A stretch of DNA of 64,000 bases from Candidatus Bathyarchaeota archaeon (lineage in GTDB: Archaea > Thermoproteota > Bathyarchaeia > 40CM-2-53-6). The stretch is taken from assembly GCA_963726255.1 (NCBI GenBank), contig CAVSBL010000002.1:1-64000 (forward strand). The letters are read 5' to 3'. The position numbers and the translations under genes are program-made. A model generated the notes under the pieces. The model made no database searches. It saw nothing but the letters and a program-made list of their open reading frames with translations, and was not told where the DNA came from. Each line of letters starts with the position of its first letter. The first letter of the stretch is position 1. Below, one piece after another: positions 60,967 through 64,000 of the stretch.

Positions 60967-61434
60967 TTAGCGAAGCCCTACGCCAAGAGCCTGAATACAA
61001 GAACTATAATCGGGACCATTCGCGGTGGAGTCAATCTTCCTTTCTTCCCGGTCAATCATGCTTCTAATTCTTGCAACATGCTCATTGAGGCTAAGGTTCG
61101 GGACATCTACGAATTCCAAACCCAGCGTATCGTATAGTCTGTTGGCAATGCGTTTTTCGAGCGTCGCGGCACCTCTTCCGAGAGTCTTTACCAAGAGTTC
61201 GGAGAATTCATCGATGTGTGCTGGTATCTCTTCTTTCGCGAGGGAAGAATGACGCGCTAGATAATCGTAAATTGCCACTTTTACCTTTCCGCCGAGTAGG
61301 TCAGTTATGACTGCGTCAATGCAGTCCAGGAGGAGTTGGTCAGGTTGTCTGCGTGCAGCACTGCCTTGTATCGGTTGCCCAGAACACTGGTTCTCTAGTC
61401 GGCGAGTATTCCTGGTGAATAGGTTGACTGACAT
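60967..61434 (-). CDS. DUF3227/NitrOD5-like helical protein (start approximate)
   Basis: IDAVI..LLG....AIY.YL...EEIP....F...L...LG.GA..LEKRI..RLY. Confidence 0.7.
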   Translation of the reverse strand: MSVNLFTRNTRRLENQCSGQPIQGSAARRQPDQLLLDCIDAVITDLLGGKVKVAIYDYLARHSSLAKEEIPAHIDEFSELLVKTLGRGAATLEKRIANRLYDTLGLEFVDVPNLSLNEHVARIRSMIDREERKIDSTANGPDYSSCIQALGVGLR

Positions 61435-61524
61435 ATCGGGAATCGACACATAGATGTGCCGTAAGAGGTATATTAATGTTCCATGATAGCCGGGATTGAT
61501 GGTTCGGTATGACTCAGCATTTCC

Positions 61525-61645
61525 ATCCAAAGAGCTACGTGCGTTGGCCAAGAATCTGAGCGGAGGCTTTGAATGAGGTACGCTGGTCCAAGTGACACAA
61601 TCTTTTCAACTAAACAGCATAATCAAAGATTACGTAGGTAAGCTC
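61525..61645 (+). pseudogene. relic 3' end of another TackOD1-like gene
   Basis: 21-nt exact repeat 61616-61636 = 60884-60904; conceptual AKNL..FE*..FQ..SIIKDYV. Confidence 0.6.
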
Positions 61646-61649
61646 CCAA

Positions 61650-62111
61650 TTGCACCGATCCTTATCGAGCCGCAAAGGTGCTTCTGAAGTCATAGCCGCA
61701 TTGCTCTTGATATTAATAACAGTGGCTGCAGCAGTTCTCCTGTACGGCTATGTCTCGGGCCTTATGGGCGGTCTGCTAGGGGGCGCCGTTCAACAACCGT
61801 ACCTGGAACAGGTTACACTGGACTACTACGACTGGACAACCCTCTCCGCACTGAAACTCACCATCCGAAACGTGGGGGTGACGAAGTTGAATATCGTGGC
61901 AGCAGACTACTTCATTAATGGCCAGCTAATCGCGAGCCCGACTATAGCATGTGGAACATTCACTGCAAGCGCACTTATCCCGCAAGGTTCTTGCCTGGTA
62001 ACATTGACTAGCCCGTCTGGACTTATCAGCGGTGTTGCTTACAGCGTCAAAATTGCTACGAAAGAGGGTGCTATTTTTTCCTATTCTTGTATCGCAGGCC
62101 AAGCAGCCTAG
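61650..62111 (+). CDS. archaeal type IV pilin
   Basis: Class III signal peptide RKG/ASEVIAALLLILITVAAA; IRNVG. Confidence 0.88.
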   Translation: MHRSLSSRKGASEVIAALLLILITVAAAVLLYGYVSGLMGGLLGGAVQQPYLEQVTLDYYDWTTLSALKLTIRNVGVTKLNIVAADYFINGQLIASPTIACGTFTASALIPQGSCLVTLTSPSGLISGVAYSVKIATKEGAIFSYSCIAGQAA

Positions 62112-62157
62112 GGCTTCGGCATAGGTATACGCGACCTCTATGAAACTACTCCCAAGC

Positions 62158-63423
62158 TCAACATGAATATCGTATCCATAGCCCAGGCGAAAGAGCCACG
62201 CCGCCGACGAAACTTGTATCCTTCGTATTATCCGTTAGTGACATGGAGCCCCAAAACATGACTGCCGCATCCGAGGGGAGGCCAGTATCACCCGTACTCA
62301 GTTGCAATAGAGTGACTCTGAATATTGCGTAGAAACTCTTACCCACCGCGATGGTTTGTGTTGAACCTATCGGATAGAACTGTCCCGGAGCTGCACCGTA
62401 GTACATCCCAATTAGGTATCCAGTGATGTGACTGGAACCGTACCAGGTTAGATCTAATGTTCCCCCGGCGACGGCATACGGTGTGTTCCCTGTGTTTGTA
62501 ATATTTACGTAAATATAGAGCGTCGTGTAGTTCCTCCCCGAGTAACCTGGATAAGAACTACAACTACCGGAGTTGCAGGCCGACACGAAAATTGTCTGAG
62601 TCACCCACGGGTTGACGAACCATAATACGCCCGAGTCCCCAACGTTGGGATAATTAATTCCTGTAAGTTTTTCGGCATAACTCGACCCAGCTGGATACGG
62701 TTGCGAGGACTCTGAGTGGCAATATCCTGCTTGCACGCTGCCTCCACTGCCTCCTGCCACTGGGCCAGGCTCATTTCTGCTGTCGTATCCTGGCGACGTT
62801 CCCTGATATGCGACCTTCACTGTTCCCACGGAAAACGCTGATTGACTTTGACCGCCGATTTGAATTTGGAACGGCCATTGAAATGAGAAAACGTTTCCTC
62901 CACTTGTAACGATGAGAATCGTGTTCTGGGAAGCGGAAGCACTTGGCAGATAGACGGTGTTCGGCAAATACAGGAGTACCGCATGATTTACCTCACCAGG
63001 GTTGAGGAACTGTGTTGATTGCTTAAACGCGGATGAAGTAGAAGTGGGAGTGGAGCTCGATGGGTTGAGTATGCAGAGGGTTGTGCAGCCTGACCCTGTG
63101 GAAGTTACGTAGATTCTTGCGATCTGAACTCCAACCCCTCCTAAGTTGCTCAAGCTCATATTGTACATGTTGCATCCCCCGCAACCGCTCCAGGATGGGT
63201 TAGCCTGTAGGCCTGGGGAGTTGGCTACAAGATTCTCTGACTGTGCTTGGTCCCGGCTTTGGGCCATTTTGTTGGCTGTTTGTTGGTATTGGTCGTATTG
63301 CTGCGAAACGAAAACCATCGTCCCAAGCGCCGTTAGTATGAGTGATAGTATTATCATCCCGCCAACGATGGTACTAACCGCACGGCGCCGGCTAAGTCTG
63401 AAGAGGAGAAGCCTAAACATCAT
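62158..63423 (-). CDS. large pilin-like protein / adhesin
   Basis: RRRA/VSTIVGGMII class III signal; NLGG; IVTSGGNVF. Confidence 0.8.
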   Translation of the reverse strand: MMFRLLLFRLSRRRAVSTIVGGMIILSLILTALGTMVFVSQQYDQYQQTANKMAQSRDQAQSENLVANSPGLQANPSWSGCGGCNMYNMSLSNLGGVGVQIARIYVTSTGSGCTTLCILNPSSSTPTSTSSAFKQSTQFLNPGEVNHAVLLYLPNTVYLPSASASQNTILIVTSGGNVFSFQWPFQIQIGGQSQSAFSVGTVKVAYQGTSPGYDSRNEPGPVAGGSGGSVQAGYCHSESSQPYPAGSSYAEKLTGINYPNVGDSGVLWFVNPWVTQTIFVSACNSGSCSSYPGYSGRNYTTLYIYVNITNTGNTPYAVAGGTLDLTWYGSSHITGYLIGMYYGAAPGQFYPIGSTQTIAVGKSFYAIFRVTLLQLSTGDTGLPSDAAVMFWGSMSLTDNTKDTSFVGGVALSPGLWIRYSC

Positions 63424-63476
63424 GACGCCCTCCCTTCGCGAATGCCGATCGTAATATCCAAGCTATGCACAACTCC

Positions 63477-63998
63477 TCAGCATGAAGATGATGATGCTTC
63501 GTATCGGACCCAGAATCCAGAAAGAAGGACTGTGGCGGAAAAGTAACTTTGGTCTTCGGCATTGCCGGGATTGCTTCCAGACCCATTTGTGATTGACGCG
63601 TCGCCCCAGAGCATGACAGAACCTGACGGCATAGCACCTAGGGAGGAGGAGGGAGGGTTAGTTAGTTTCATGTAATTCATTTTGTATATTGCGTAGTAGT
63701 TCGTACTTGGTGTAATCCTTGGCGCGTTAGCGGCCCCTCCGAACGCGACGGCCGGGTAGAATGCTCCTTCGTAGTACACGCCAAGAAGCGTCCCGTCGAG
63801 GTGATTTGCACTGTACCAGCCTAGATCTATCGAACCCGCAGTAGGGGTATACGCTGTTTGCCCTGTGTTTATGATATTTACGTAGATATACATCTGTGTT
63901 TTCGCTGTTCTCCCTGAGTTAATTGTGGACCCCAGAACCCCCGCGTAAGAACTAACATACGTAACCCACGGGTTTACGAAGTACAATGTGTTACCGGT
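63477..63998 (-). CDS. paralog of the pilin-like adhesin, C-terminal part (truncated by window edge)
   Basis: Shares FVNPWVT, YIYVNI.NTG, DL.WY, VM.WG, G.W.RY with 62158..63423; frame is open to the edge. Confidence 0.75.
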   Translation of the reverse strand, partial: TGNTLYFVNPWVTYVSSYAGVLGSTINSGRTAKTQMYIYVNIINTGQTAYTPTAGSIDLGWYSANHLDGTLLGVYYEGAFYPAVAFGGAANAPRITPSTNYYAIYKMNYMKLTNPPSSSLGAMPSGSVMLWGDASITNGSGSNPGNAEDQSYFSATVLLSGFWVRYEASSSSC

Positions 63999-64000
63999 AA

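Overview
Archaeal chromosomal window from a TACK-lineage organism, probably Bathyarchaeia-like. That placement is inferred from the gene repertoire (TiaS, Tsr3, aPrmC, TackOD1, DUF3227, KaiC, class III pilins) and from BHB tRNA introns. It is mostly housekeeping and accessory genes (MFS transporters, pepC, MscL, citrate synthase, guaB, fused ETF, nfo, pyrB/pyrI, nnr), with one solo TnpB and no CRISPR array or rRNA. The main result is invisible in the ORF track: five tRNA genes, parsed by hand, are all interrupted, with 15 bulge-helix-bulge introns in total. tRNA-Pro(CGG) and initiator tRNA-Met each carry four introns and tRNA-His carries three. Other notable items are an HTH-fused class III RNR lacking its catalytic residues, a half-size deoxyhypusine-hydroxylase-like protein, a TPP riboswitch with an SD-sequestering hairpin before thiT, a GcvH-TusA fusion without the lipoyl lysine, a TnpB end that appears to supply the tiaS start codon, and a TackOD1-HerA-KaiC-DUF3227-pilin cluster. 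All calls are by motif recognition and manual pairing; no searches were run.
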